This document shows, in pieces, positions 49,101 to 59,436 of a stretch of 64,000 nt of DNA (its first letter is position 1; every line of letters begins with the position of its first letter). The notes below the pieces were generated by a model, which made no database searches, was not told the DNA's origin, and worked only from the letters and a program-made list of their open reading frames with translations. The translations under genes and the position numbers were made by a program. The stretch lies in the NCBI RefSeq assembly GCF_011386835.1, contig NC_088797.1, positions 126,604,001 through 126,668,000 on the forward strand. Reading direction: 5' to 3'. This DNA is from Chrysemys picta bellii (lineage: Eukaryota).

Positions 49101-52100
49101 GAATATTAAGCTCTGCATTAACATGCAAAACCCACTGAGGCCCCCCACCCCCCGCCACCCCAGCTCCCGGTGTCCTTCCAGGTCTCCCGCGCTGCAGCGG
49201 GCGCCAGGCAGGTGTGATTAAACATTGAGATGCTTGGAGGAGCCGGTGATTAAAGCTCGCCGCTCCCCGGGGATGGGGAGCAGAGAGGGCGCAGGGGCTC
49301 CGTGTGGATCAGATCCTGGGAGGTGCTGAGGAGAGGCTCAGAGATTCTGCATCGCCCTCACCCCCCGCCAGCCCAATGGCCTAATGGTTAGTGCTGGGCT
49401 GGGTGGGCCCCACTGCTATTCCTGCCCCAGCTCCCTCTCACAGCCCAGGGGCAGCGGGTCGGGAGTGAGGGGCACCGGCAGAGCTGGAGGGAGCCCAGGG
49501 CTGGGCTAGCAGAGGGCTGCGAGTCGGGAGTGAGGGGCCCCGGCAGAGCTGGGGGGGGCAGGGCTGCGCTATCAGGGGGCTGCGGGTAGGGAGTAAGGGG
49601 CACCAGCAGAGCTGGAGGGAGCCCAGGGCTGGGCTAGCAGGGGGCTGCGGGTCGGGAGTGAGGGGCACTGGCAGAGCTGGAGGGAGCCCAGGGCTGGGCT
49701 AGCAGGGGGCTGCGGGTCGGGAGTGAGGGGCACTGGCAGAGCTGGAGGGAGCCCAGGGCTGGGCTATCAGGGGGCTGCGGGTCGGGAGTGAGGGGCACCG
49801 GCAGAGCTGTGGGTGGGGGAGAGCCCAGGGCTGCGCTATCAGGGGGCTGCGGGTTGGGAGTGAGGGGCACCGGCAGAGTGGGGGTGGAGTGGGAAGCCCA
49901 GGGCTGGGCTATCAGGGGGCTGCGGGTCGGGAGTGAGGGGCACCGGCAGAGCTGTGGGTGGGGGAGAGCCCAGGGCTGGGCTAGCAGGGGGCTGCGGGTC
50001 GGGAGTGAGGGGCACCGGCAGAGCTGTGGGTGAGGGAGAGCCCAGGGCTGGGCTAGCAGGGGGCTGCGGGTCGGGAGTGAGGGGCACCGGCAGAGCTGTG
50101 GGGGGCAGCACCGTAGCAGCAGGGGGCCATTCCCAGCTCCAGGACCTCCCACTCCATTTTCAGCTGCTGCAACATTTGGTTTATTTTTAATTTTCAGGAT
50201 CATCAGATTCACAGCCAGTGGGGAGGGGGGGGGGCAGCCCCTTCCCGGGAAGCAGAAGCCAGGAAGCTGTGGAATGACAGCGCATTAGAGCCGTGTAATG
50301 TCCTCATCGCTCACCATGGGCCGCTCTCGGTCCCCCTCCCACCACGCGGCCCCTCAGACACCGACGCGGGACTGTCCCCTGCTGGCTGGAGTGGGCCCAG
50401 CCCAGGCCCCCTCTCCAGGGCTCTCTGGGGCTCCGGACAGGGCAGGTCCTTGGCCACGTACCTTTTTCATCAGCATGCTCTCCCCGGTGACCCGGTCCCG
50501 CGCTCGGAACCAGCGATCCGCCAGCTTCTCCGTGACGTAGAACTGCCGGCCCAGAGCGTAGTACAGGAAGAGGCTGCAGTTGGGCAGGGTCGTGGCCAGC
50601 TTCCGCCCATCCCGCTGGAAAGGAGAAGGCATTTTAATGAACATACCAACGGCCAGACTGGGTCAGACCAAAGGTCCATCCAGCCCAGTGTCCTGTCCAC
50701 CGACAGTGGCCAATGCCAGGTGCCCCAGAGGGAATGAACAGAACAGGGAATCATCCAGTGATCCATCCCCTGTCGCCCATTCCCAGCTTCTGGCAAACAG
50801 AGGTTAGGGACACCATCCCTGCCCATCCTGGCTAATAGCCATTGATGGACCTGTCCTCCATGAACTTAACTCGTTCTTTTTTGAACCCTGTTATAGTCTT
50901 GGCCTCACAACATCCTCTGGCAACAGGTTGACTGTGTTGTGTGAAGTAGGACTTCCTTTTGTTTGTTTTAAACCTGCTGCCTATTAATTTCATCGGGTGA
51001 CCCCCTAGTTCTTGTGTTATGAGAAGGAGTAAATAACACTTCCTGATTTACTGTCTCCACACCAGTCATGATTTTATAGATCTCTATCCTATCCCCCCTT
51101 AGTCGTCTCTTTTCCAAGCTGAAAAGTCCCAGACTTATTAATCTCTCCTCATACGGAAGCCGTTCCATTCCCCTAATCATTTTTGTTGCCCTTTTCTGAA
51201 CCTTTTCCAATTCCAATATATCTTTTTTGAGATGGGGCGGCCACATCCGCACGCAGTATTCAAGATGTGGGCTTACCATGGATTTATATAGAGGCAATCT
51301 GATATTTTCTGTCTTATGATCTACCCCTTTTTTAATGATTCCCAACATTCTGTTCGCTTTTTTGACTGTCGCTGCACATTGAGTGGCAGAGAACTATCCA
51401 CAGTGACTCCAAGATATCTCTCTTGAGTGGTAACAGCTAATTTAGACCCCATCATTTTATATGTATAGTTGGGATTATGTTTCCCAATGCGCATTACTTT
51501 GCATTTATCAACATTAAATTTCATCTGCCATTTTGTTGCCCAGTCACCCAGTTTGGTGAGACCCTTTTGTAGCTCTTTGCAGTCTGCCTGGGACTTAAAT
51601 ATCTGGAGTAGTTTTGTATCATCTGCAAATTTTGCCACCTCACTGTTTACCCCTTTTTCCAGATCATTTATGAATATGTTGAATAGGACTGGGCCCTGTA
51701 CAGACCCCTGGGGGACACCACTATTTACCTCTCTCCATTCTGAAAACTGACCATTTATTCCTCCCCTTTGTTTCCTATCTTTTAACCAGTTACCAATCCA
51801 CGAGAGGACCTTCCCTCTCATCCCAGGACAGTTTACTTTGCGTAAGAGCCTTGTTAAAAGCTTTCTGAAAGGCCAAGCACACTGTACAGACTGGGTCCCA
51901 TTCACCCTTTGGGCCGCAGCGTTGCACTGGGAGCCCACGTTTAGCTGATTGTCCACCACGACCCCCAAATCTTTGTCAGAGTCGCTGCGTCCCAGGATAG
52001 CGACCCCCCCGTAGGGCTGTCTGCATTCTCCGTTCCTCCATGCAACATTCATAGATTCAAGGACTGGAAGGGACCTCGAGAGGTCATGGAGTCCAGTCCC

Positions 52101-55100
52101 CTGCCTTCATGGCAGGACCAAATACTGTCTAGACCATCCCTGATAGACATTTATCTAACCTACTCTTAAATATCTCCAGAGATGGAGATTCCACAACCTC
52201 CCTAGGCAGTTTATTCCAGTGTTTAACCACCCTGACAGTTAGGAACTTTTTCCTAATGTCCAACCTAGACCTCCCTTGCTGCAGTTTAAACCCATTGTTT
52301 CTGGTTCTATCCTTAGAGGCTAAGGTGAACAAGTTTTCTCCCCCCTCCTTATGACATTTAGCCACATTTGAATGCGTATCCCCAGCTCGCCCTGCACCGA
52401 GGATCTGACCTCTCTGTTACTTCCCACTCCCCCAGTGGGTGTGTCACCTGCAAACGTTACCAGGGAGGATTTTCGGTTTCCTTCCCGGTCACTGATCAGA
52501 ATGGTAAGTTGTGTAGGCCCAAGAACCAACCCTGGCGAGATTCCTCCAGAAACCCCCCCGCTCCATGACGATTCCCCAGTTACATTTTGAGACCCATCAG
52601 CCAGTTTTTAATCCATGTCCCGTGGCCGTGTTAGTTTGATATCGTGCTAGTTTTTTAGGCAAAATATCATGTGGTACCAAGTCAAGCGCCTGACATGGCC
52701 TTTGGGGGTGAAAGGAAACACAAGGGTCTACAAGCCGGCTGGGAACCACCAGGGAGGGCCTTGCGTCAAACCGCCTAGTGGTACGTGAACCTCATGGAGA
52801 AATCAAGCTTCAGGGCATAAACCTGCAGGGTCAGGAAGGAATTTTGACAGCAGCTGTACAATTAACCAGGTGCATTATGGGGATTTGGCCTGACTGTGGG
52901 TCATAGGTGGGATGCTTGCAGACCAGGCACCAGCTCGCCTGGGCACTGGCAAATACACAGCCGGAGTCCGGCTCACCTGCTAACACAGGTATTCGCTTGC
53001 TCAGCAGCCGTGTTGTGTCTGTGACTGCGAATCGCCGTACAGGAGAGGGGCATTAACCCGAGCGAAGAGCTGCGCAGAGCGCAGGAGCTCCGGGGCTGGA
53101 GAGTGTCTCGGAGGCTGGGTTACCGCCCTGCCTGTCCACACCCAGAGTACTAGGTGCAAACGCTGGCTCAAGTCACAAGGGGGAACGAAGCGGGTAAGAA
53201 CATAGGAGCTGCCAGGCTGGGTCAGACCAAGGGTCCATCTAGCCCAGTGTCCTGTCCTCAGTATCTTGCCAGCGGCCAGCGCCGGCTGCTGCAGAGGGAA
53301 GGAAGAGAACAGGGCAGGTATGGAGTGGAGGGAGCCGGCTCGCCGCTGTTTGGGTCCAACAGGGAAACCAGCAAGAGGCTTGGCGCCAGCAGCAGGCTGC
53401 ATTTAAAAAAGTGCGGGACTAAGTGGCCGGGGGCTGTGGGTTGGGATGGGGGCACCGGTGGGGAGGGGGAGGCTGTGGGTCAGGATCAAAGATCGCAGAG
53501 CTGAGGCAGGGGAGGGGGGGAGGGGAGTATAGGGCTGGAAAAGCTGTGTGGCGGGGTATGGGGGTCAAACCAATGAGCTCATTGGATCAAGGACTGTCCT
53601 TTCCTAGCTGCGTACCACACCTGGCACATTTGGGGCACTCCTGTAATCCTGGGGTTCTCCACCTTTTCCATACCAGGACCCCCCCCCCCATCTAGTCACG
53701 ACCCATAGCAGAGAACCCCTGCTGGGGGTCACAGCTACTAGCAGGCTCAGGGACGCAGGGCAGCAGCCGGCCGTGGGCACACGGGAGAGGGGTTAAGCCC
53801 GAGCCAGGTTCCTCGCCCGTTCAGCTCCCTGCCGGGCACCCGCCGGGCGAGCTGTCGGCACTCACCATGGGCAGGATGGCCAGCCCCAGCGCCGCATGCT
53901 CCTCCACTCGTCCCAAGACCAGGCCCGAATCCAGGAGCGAGAAGCAGCCGCCCTCGGCGTCCAGGAACGTCCGTCTCAGCTCCTCCAGGAGGGACAGGCC
54001 GCACGCCTTGGTGAGCCTCCCGTAGGCGTCCTCCACGGACGTCTTAGTGGGAGCGCTGGCACCCGCGGGCCCCAGGTCCCTGATTTGCTGGGCCTGGCTG
54101 GCCGGCTCCTGGGAGACGGGCTGGCTGCTTTCACGGCCTGGGCCGGCTGAGCCAACAGAGCTCCTGGTCCCCGGCCGCTTCCCCAGCTCAGTGCCCCGGG
54201 GCCGACTTGTAACTGCCTCCTCCTCTGTCCTGCCGGGACCTTCCGGCGGCAGCTCCTCTTCCCGTGGGTCTGCTGAGGGGGGCTCTGGCTGAGGGGGGGC
54301 ACACGGGGCCAGCCCGCTCCCCACTGGATGGGGGATGTCCCGTGTCCCTTCCCGGCCGATCACCAGCTCCCTCGTGCCCTCGCTCAGCGCGATGCTGCCG
54401 TCCCGCCGCGGCTTGGCTGCTGTTTCTGATGTCAAGGGGTCACGCCCACGGCCTGCGCCCTCAGCCCGGCGTGTGCCCGCCCTGCCCGCCGAGAGGCCAA
54501 GAGCTGCGCTGGGAGGGACGCCCGCACAGTCCTGCTCTTCCCGGACCCCACAGCGACTCTCTGGTGGAGAGACATCCCGTCCCGGCTGCATGGGGCAGAG
54601 CCGCGCCTCAGCCCAGGGGGAGCAGCCTTCTCGGATGGGGGGCTTCTCCAAGGCCGAGGGGGGAGCCGTCCCATCCTCCAGCCCTGGCTTGGTCTCTGGG
54701 GGCTCCCAGAGCTCTAGATCCAGGCCTTTGAGGCCCCCGCACCTCCCTGGCTCTCCCCAAGGCCCGCTGCTCAGCCTGGCCGGCCCGGTGGGCAGCTCGC
54801 TGGGCTGCAGTGTGAGGCGGGGGTCTCGGTGCGGGGGCGCAGAGCTGGTCCCGAAGCTGAACGGCAGTGTGGACTGGCCAAAGCCCTTCCCCGGGCAGGA
54901 CCCCGGGGGCAGCTTGGGGTAGGGGGCGTTCCAGAGTCGGCAGCCGGCGCCAGGCTGGGGTCCCGTCTGCAGCTTAGCGAGGCTGCAGCAGCGGCAGCCG
55001 GCGGGAGAGGGGGGCCCCTCGTAGCCCGGCACGGGCAGCGCCCCCGTCTCGCTGACGGCCGTCTTGATGGCGTGCTGATGGCTCCGCGTCCCCCCCGAAG

Positions 55101-55164
55101 GCAGCAGCGCGGCGGTGAGGTCGATGTCGGTCTCCGTGGTGATGGGGGACCCGGTGCGCTGCAT
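46006..55164 (-). CDS. Uncharacterised 645-aa protein with a truncated pseudokinase domain; join(55164-53866, 50614-50462, 48058-47917, 47342-47206, 46411-46310, 46110-46006)
   Basis: Six exons with canonical GT-AG sites and consistent phases (0,0,1,0,0), total 1938 nt with no internal stop. Kozak GTCACCATGC; high GC3. Kinase-like [60 protein letters not shown]. Confidence 0.85.
46310..46411 (-). CDS. Pseudokinase gene, coding exon 5
   Basis: ctcttgcctccag|GGC...CAG|gtgagc; 102 nt; [34 protein letters not shown]. Confidence 0.85.
46554..47125 (-). repeat. Tandem array (32-42-bp spacing) carrying ~15 CTCF-like motifs
   Basis: GCGCCCCCTAG occurs exactly 14 times (46601, 46633, 46673, 46705, 46737, 46777, 46809, 46841, 46883, 46915, 46976, 47008, 47046, 47080), plus GCGCCCCCTGCTGC at 47113 and two degenerate copies. 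Confidence 0.85.
47206..47342 (-). CDS. Pseudokinase gene, coding exon 4
   Basis: ctgccctccccag|CG...CAG|gtgggg; 137 nt; (A)[45 protein letters not shown]. Confidence 0.85.
47917..48058 (-). CDS. Pseudokinase gene, coding exon 3
   Basis: ctctgtttgccag|GTG...CAC G|gtgagc; 142 nt; [47 protein letters not shown]. Confidence 0.88.
48115..48420. repeat. Minisatellite of the 65-75-bp family, ~5 copies (C-rich on +)
   Basis: CCCCTCACTCCCGACCCGCAGCCCCCTGC(T/C)AGCCCAGCCCTGGGCTCC units. Confidence 0.9.
48690..49260. promoter_or_regulatory. Candidate conserved intronic enhancer
   Basis: Dense homeodomain-type motifs (TTAATTAATT, CATAATTGG, CATAAAT, TTATTTAATTTGATTG, CTAATCATGATAAAT, two GTGATTAAA, CTGCAAATATTTAC) in unique sequence between two repeat arrays. 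Confidence 0.6.
49440..50100. repeat. Minisatellite of the 65-75-bp family, ~10 copies (G-rich on +)
   Basis: GGGCTGCGGGTCGGGAGTGAGGGGCAC(C/T)GGCAGAGCTG...GAGCCCAGGGCTGGGCTAGCAGG units; inverted relative to 48115-48420. Confidence 0.92.
50462..50614 (-). CDS. Pseudokinase gene, coding exon 2
   Basis: ccttctcctttccag|CGG...AAG|gtacgt; 153 nt; [51 protein letters not shown]. Confidence 0.88.
50641..51865 (-). mobile_element. Relatively young 5'-truncated CR1 LINE (RT C-terminal half to 3' end)
   Basis: ORFs 51321-52052 and 50968-51348 encode CR1 RT ([21 protein letters not shown]...KFADDTKL) and the C-terminus (HLEYCVRMW...[12 protein letters not shown]); frameshifted by a deletion. Confidence 0.95.
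51870..52700 (-). mobile_element. Old CR1 RT fragment interrupted by a younger CR1 3' end (52050-52352)
   Basis: The outer piece encodes [13 protein letters not shown] and SLVTFAGDT-like degenerate RT motifs; the inner piece encodes [31 protein letters not shown] and the CR1 3' UTR. Confidence 0.75.
53190..53315 (-). mobile_element. CR1 3' end fragment
   Basis: taagaacataggagctgccaggctgggtcagaccaagggtccatctagcccagtgtcctgtc is a reverse-complement CR1 terminus. Confidence 0.75.
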
Positions 55165-55205
55165 GGTGACCCCGCACAGATGGTGGCTCCCCGGCAGGAA
55201 CAGCC
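53866..55205 (-). CDS. Pseudokinase gene, coding exon 1 (ATG at 55164)
   Basis: Acceptor tgtgtctcctcccag (exon starts 55205); donor ATG|GTGAGT. 433 codons [21 protein letters not shown]...[25 protein letters not shown]...LAILPM; long Pro/Gly/Ser-rich middle. Confidence 0.8.
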
Positions 55206-56139
55206 CTGGGAGGAGACACAAGGGACAGGGGTGACAGGCGCTGGCCTCGGGGCTAGCTAGGCGCTGGGCCTGCGGGTGCAGCCCGCTCCCCGGCTCGGGT
55301 GCAGCCCCAGGGCCCGTCACTGACCCGTCCCCTCAGCAGATCTCCCCAGCCTGGGGCCGAGGGGAAGCTCAGGGTCTGTTCCCACCCTGGGCAGGTCCCC
55401 AGCCCTTCTGGGGACGCGGTGCATTCTCACTGCTCCCTGGGTACCCCCCACCTACCCCAGCCAGCCCTGCAGCGACCCCTCTAGGGCGAGGGGGGTTTGG
55501 TCTCCCAGTCCCTTTCAGTCCTCGGCCCCCTCTTGGGGTCGCCAGCAAGGGGCCTGGCTAGTGCCCAGCGTGGGGGCTGTTTGTACGTGGACACCCACTC
55601 CCCGGGAACCGGGCAGTGCGCGACCCGCTTGGCACAGGTCACCAGTGGTGGTCCGGCCACCTGCTGCTCCCTCCCGGCTGCCCTGGCGGCTGAAGGGGTC
55701 TGATCTGCGGGGAGCTGGCGGGCGACCAGGCCCCAAGGACGGGCTGCAAATGAGGGAATTCCACAAGCCTTGTCCGCACACGGACTCGGCAGAGCGGCCA
55801 CAAGGGGGTGCCATTCTCACACCGATGCTCACGGGCCGGGGGAGTCAACGGGACAGCACCGTAGCCACGGCTGGGAGCCCGAGGGGCCAGGCAGGGCCTG
55901 GGGACCCCCCGCTGCCTGCCTCAGCTCCGTCCTAATGCTTTGAGAGCAAGAACGGGTGAGCTGCTGCGCCGCAGGGCCCTGCTGCCACTCCGGCTGCGAG
56001 CTTCCTCCCCACCGTGCCCTGTCAGTAGTAGGGTCAGTCCCCTTCCGGGAACTGAGTCTCCGTTACCTGTGACCTGTCCCCGTCCCCACCCCTCCATCGC
56101 TCGCTCTGTTCTCAGAGTTTTCCCCACTCAGGAACTTAC

Positions 56140-56231
56140 TGGATTCTCCCTGACTTCACTGGCGCCCAGGATCCGCCCCACGAGGACACCCGCTCACTCG
56201 CTCATGGCCTTGGTGCCGATCCGGGGGTCAG
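56140..56231 (-). other. Probable 5'-UTR exon of the pseudokinase gene
   Basis: Strong acceptor with branch point (cccactgacactcccctttctctgcag|, exon starts 56231); candidate donors at 56198 (GTGAGC), 56140 (GTAAGT) and 56067 (GTAACG). No open frame joins the main ORF. Confidence 0.45.
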
Positions 56232-59224
56232 CTGCAGAGAAAGGGGAGTGTCAGTGGGGGAGACGGCTCCTGAGGGGCGGGGGCACTGCGGCCTGTGCCC
56301 TCCCTCAGCTCTGGGCCTGGCATGAGCAAGGCCTCAATCCTGCCCATCAGAGCAAGGCCCAAGCCAGATCCAGCCACCCGATGCGAGCTCCCTGGCAGCA
56401 GTGCCCCACCAATGCCCCAGCACTCCCCAGCTCAGGCCCCTTTTCCGGGAGGCCTAGGTGGGGCCCTGGCTAAGGCTCATCTGGTTCCAGCCTGATGGGA
56501 AGTGCCCGAGAATCCCCCCCCAACCCCCCTCCACACACACACGGGGCCTATCCTCACACCCAAGTGTTCAGGGAAGCGCCCGAATCCGAGTCGCACGCCC
56601 CAGACTGCCTGCACCAGAGCCTCGCTGCCCCTTCCCCTGCACAGTTACCCAGGATCACTCTCAGTCCCTGAAAACCCCATCAGTGCCAATGTGCCTACCC
56701 CCGTACCCCAGGCTGTTGAGCAGAGCCCCATGGGGACAAAACGCCAATCCCCTCCTGCACAGGCCCTGACCCCAAAGAGAATCCCCATCCGCTGTTGGCA
56801 GTACAGGGCCAATGACACACAGCACAGCAGCTCCAGCGCCATCCAGCAGAGGGCGGCGGTGGCACAGCACCCTGGGTGGCTTATTGCCACATTCTCCCCC
56901 TACCTAGGGACAGCACTTGACAGTTTTCCAACCCAAGCGCACAGCCCCAGATCCAACCCCCCTACCCCACTCCCCACCCCCAAACGCTGGTGCCGGAGTC
57001 TGCCGCACAGATCCAAGGGCCTTCTCTGCCGCATCACCGCCCAGCTGCCCTTGGCCAAGGGCCTGCACGAAACCCCCAGGCAGCAAGACCCGTTACCTCG
57101 CCCTGAGATCCTCCGGCCTACGTGCCGTAGCCCAGGCCCGAGCGCACCGACTCTGCGGCAGGCACCCAACTTCCTTCCTCTCCACCCTGCCGGGGAAAAG
57201 CAACAGCGAGACCGAGAGGGGAGGAAGTACCGCTGCCAGACCCTAGACAAGCAGCCCTGGCTGGACGCCGCCCCACGGAGCCTGGCCCGCCGCGGCCTGT
57301 CCAGCCCCCGACAAACTCCGGGCTGGGGAAGCCGCCCGTCCCAGGGGAGCTAAGCAGCTGTGGGACATCGGTGCCAACCAAGTCCAGCCAGAGCAAGCCC
57401 CAGTCGGATGGAAAGCGAAAGCAGCTCCCGCCCGTGCGCATGTGCAGCCAACTCCGGAGGCTGGGCTTTGCCAGCTGCCCTGGCTGCGTGCCCTGGCTGC
57501 GTGCCCAGAACTGGCCCACGGCTGGTTAAGGTCCCCGGGCGGCTGCATGGGCAGCGTTAGGTGGACAGGGTCGGTTTGCCGATCGCTCCCTCGGTAGTGC
57601 GATGGGGGTCCTCGTGGGTTAGTGTCCCCCTGGGACCAGTCACCGAACCGGGGCTGGGTTCAGAACACCCCGAACCGCAGGGTCATTGTCTGGGGGCGGG
57701 CGGGAAAGGGGGATGGAGACCCCGTGACCTCTGTGAAGCAACGACACAGATGAGCTTTGAGCTCAGCTTCTGCGGCAGCAGCCCAGACAGGAAGGTGATG
57801 GGCCCTTTAGCAACGCCTAGACAGACGCCACAGCAGGGTAGGGGGCCCAGGCCTGTTTCTGCCCAGACCGTCCCCGTGGCACGACGGGGGCCCAGAAAGG
57901 CCACGGGCATCGCCTCTCTAGCAGGATGGCGTCTTCTCCCAGAGGGGCCCGGCCCAGAACAGGAACTCAGGCCTCGTTGCCTGGCTCTTCAGGTCCCAGG
58001 GGGTGGACGGGCTGAAATCCCGCTCCCTGCACGTGCCCAGCCGCCCAGGGGGTGAAGCGGGGAGCTGACAGGGAGCGAGGGGTGAGATTGGCCCAGGGAG
58101 GGACGGGCTCATTCGTGAGGTTACAGCAAACTCGGAACAGGGCCCAGTGCCAGCATCGCATGGAGTGGTGAGAAGCGCTGGGCACATAGCACCGGCTGTC
58201 CTCGTGCTCCGTGTCCAGAGTCACCCCAACACCTGGGGGAACCGGGAGGACCTGCCGGGCCAGCGCCCCTCACCCGATCGCAGCCCCAGGCAGACGGCCG
58301 GGCTTGGAGGCTTGGATCAGATCCTGCCGCTCGGTGAGAAAGGAGCGGAACGAAGACAGACAAAACTGCTGCAGTCGCTACGCTGGGCGTTCGGCCCCCT
58401 CGAGCTAGCCCCAGGGGCTCCCGCCTTCCGGGAAACATTCAGCGGAGACAAGACCGAACCGGGGCAGGGGGAACGGCAGGGAGATTTGCAAAGCCCAAGG
58501 AGGGGCAGCTTGGCTCAGCCCTCCCGGCCTGGGGGACCCTGCCACCGAGGGCTCCCTCCTTGGCAGCAGAACCGCCCTGAACGAGGGCCGCGGAGCCAGC
58601 TGGCTCCGGGCCCCAGTCACGCCCTTCCTGGGCGCCGGGAGCCGGGGGGCTCAGATCCACCCACCCAAAGGTCTGGCAGGTCCCTGCGCTGGGCCAGGGG
58701 GCCCCGGGCCTCCCCCACCAGCAATGGGAAGAGGGCGCAGCCGCGCAGCTTACCCACTCCCAGCCAGCCATCGCCGCCCTGGCTTCCTGCTCCCACCCCC
58801 GCGGCCGCTCACAAACACCAGCCGAGCTGGAGCTGACGAGCCAGCCTGCGCTCGGCCTACACGTCGCAACTCGCAGCCTGGCGGAGAGCCGAGAAGCCCC
58901 ACGCAGGGAAGGGAAGGGCTAACGGGCGAGCGCAGGCACCGCGGGGGCTTCTGGCTCCGTCCCAGACCCACCTCAGCTCCTGGAGGGGAGTCGTGGGAGA
59001 GGCTGGGCCTTCCGGATGGGTGTGAATTAACACCTGGGAGCGTCAAGAACTGATGGGGCAGCTCTGCCGGTGCCCCCCAATCCCGACCCGCAGCCCTTCC
59101 CTGGGCCGATGCCGGTCTGAGCAGCAGATAAATGCGCCCATTACCCAGGTCCCCGCCCACCCCCCAATTACAGACGGGGGGGGGGGCTCTACAGCTAACA
59201 CCTGGAGCTCTGGGGGGGTTCGGC

Positions 59225-59436
59225 GGCTACGTCCACACAAGGAGCTGGTCCCCAGCATACCGCACTGAGCTCTGCGGGTACCAAGGGCAGCGTAGCCGGG
59301 GCAGCAGCGGCGGAGGCTCGGCTGAGCCGTGGGCATGTCCCTTGACACGGTTCGGCCGGGCTGCCACGGCCACACTGCTCTTCACCCAGGCCCGGTCCGT
59401 GAGCGGGGAGCACACCCCTCGCTCACAGACGTAGCC
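59225..59436. mobile_element. PIF/Harbinger-like MITE
   Basis: TIRs GGCTACGTC / GACGTAGCC; a related fragment ends ...gtagtgcagacacagcc near 12250; TSD not preserved. Confidence 0.55.

Noticed and set aside
53821-55320. 499-aa ORF taken at face value
   Set aside because: It includes intronic sequence at both ends; the splice sites define 55205-53866 with the ATG at 55164.
56502-57353. 283-aa plus-strand ORF upstream of the pseudokinase gene
   Set aside because: Low-complexity Pro/Ser/Thr-rich sequence with no motif or splice support; likely chance in GC-rich DNA.
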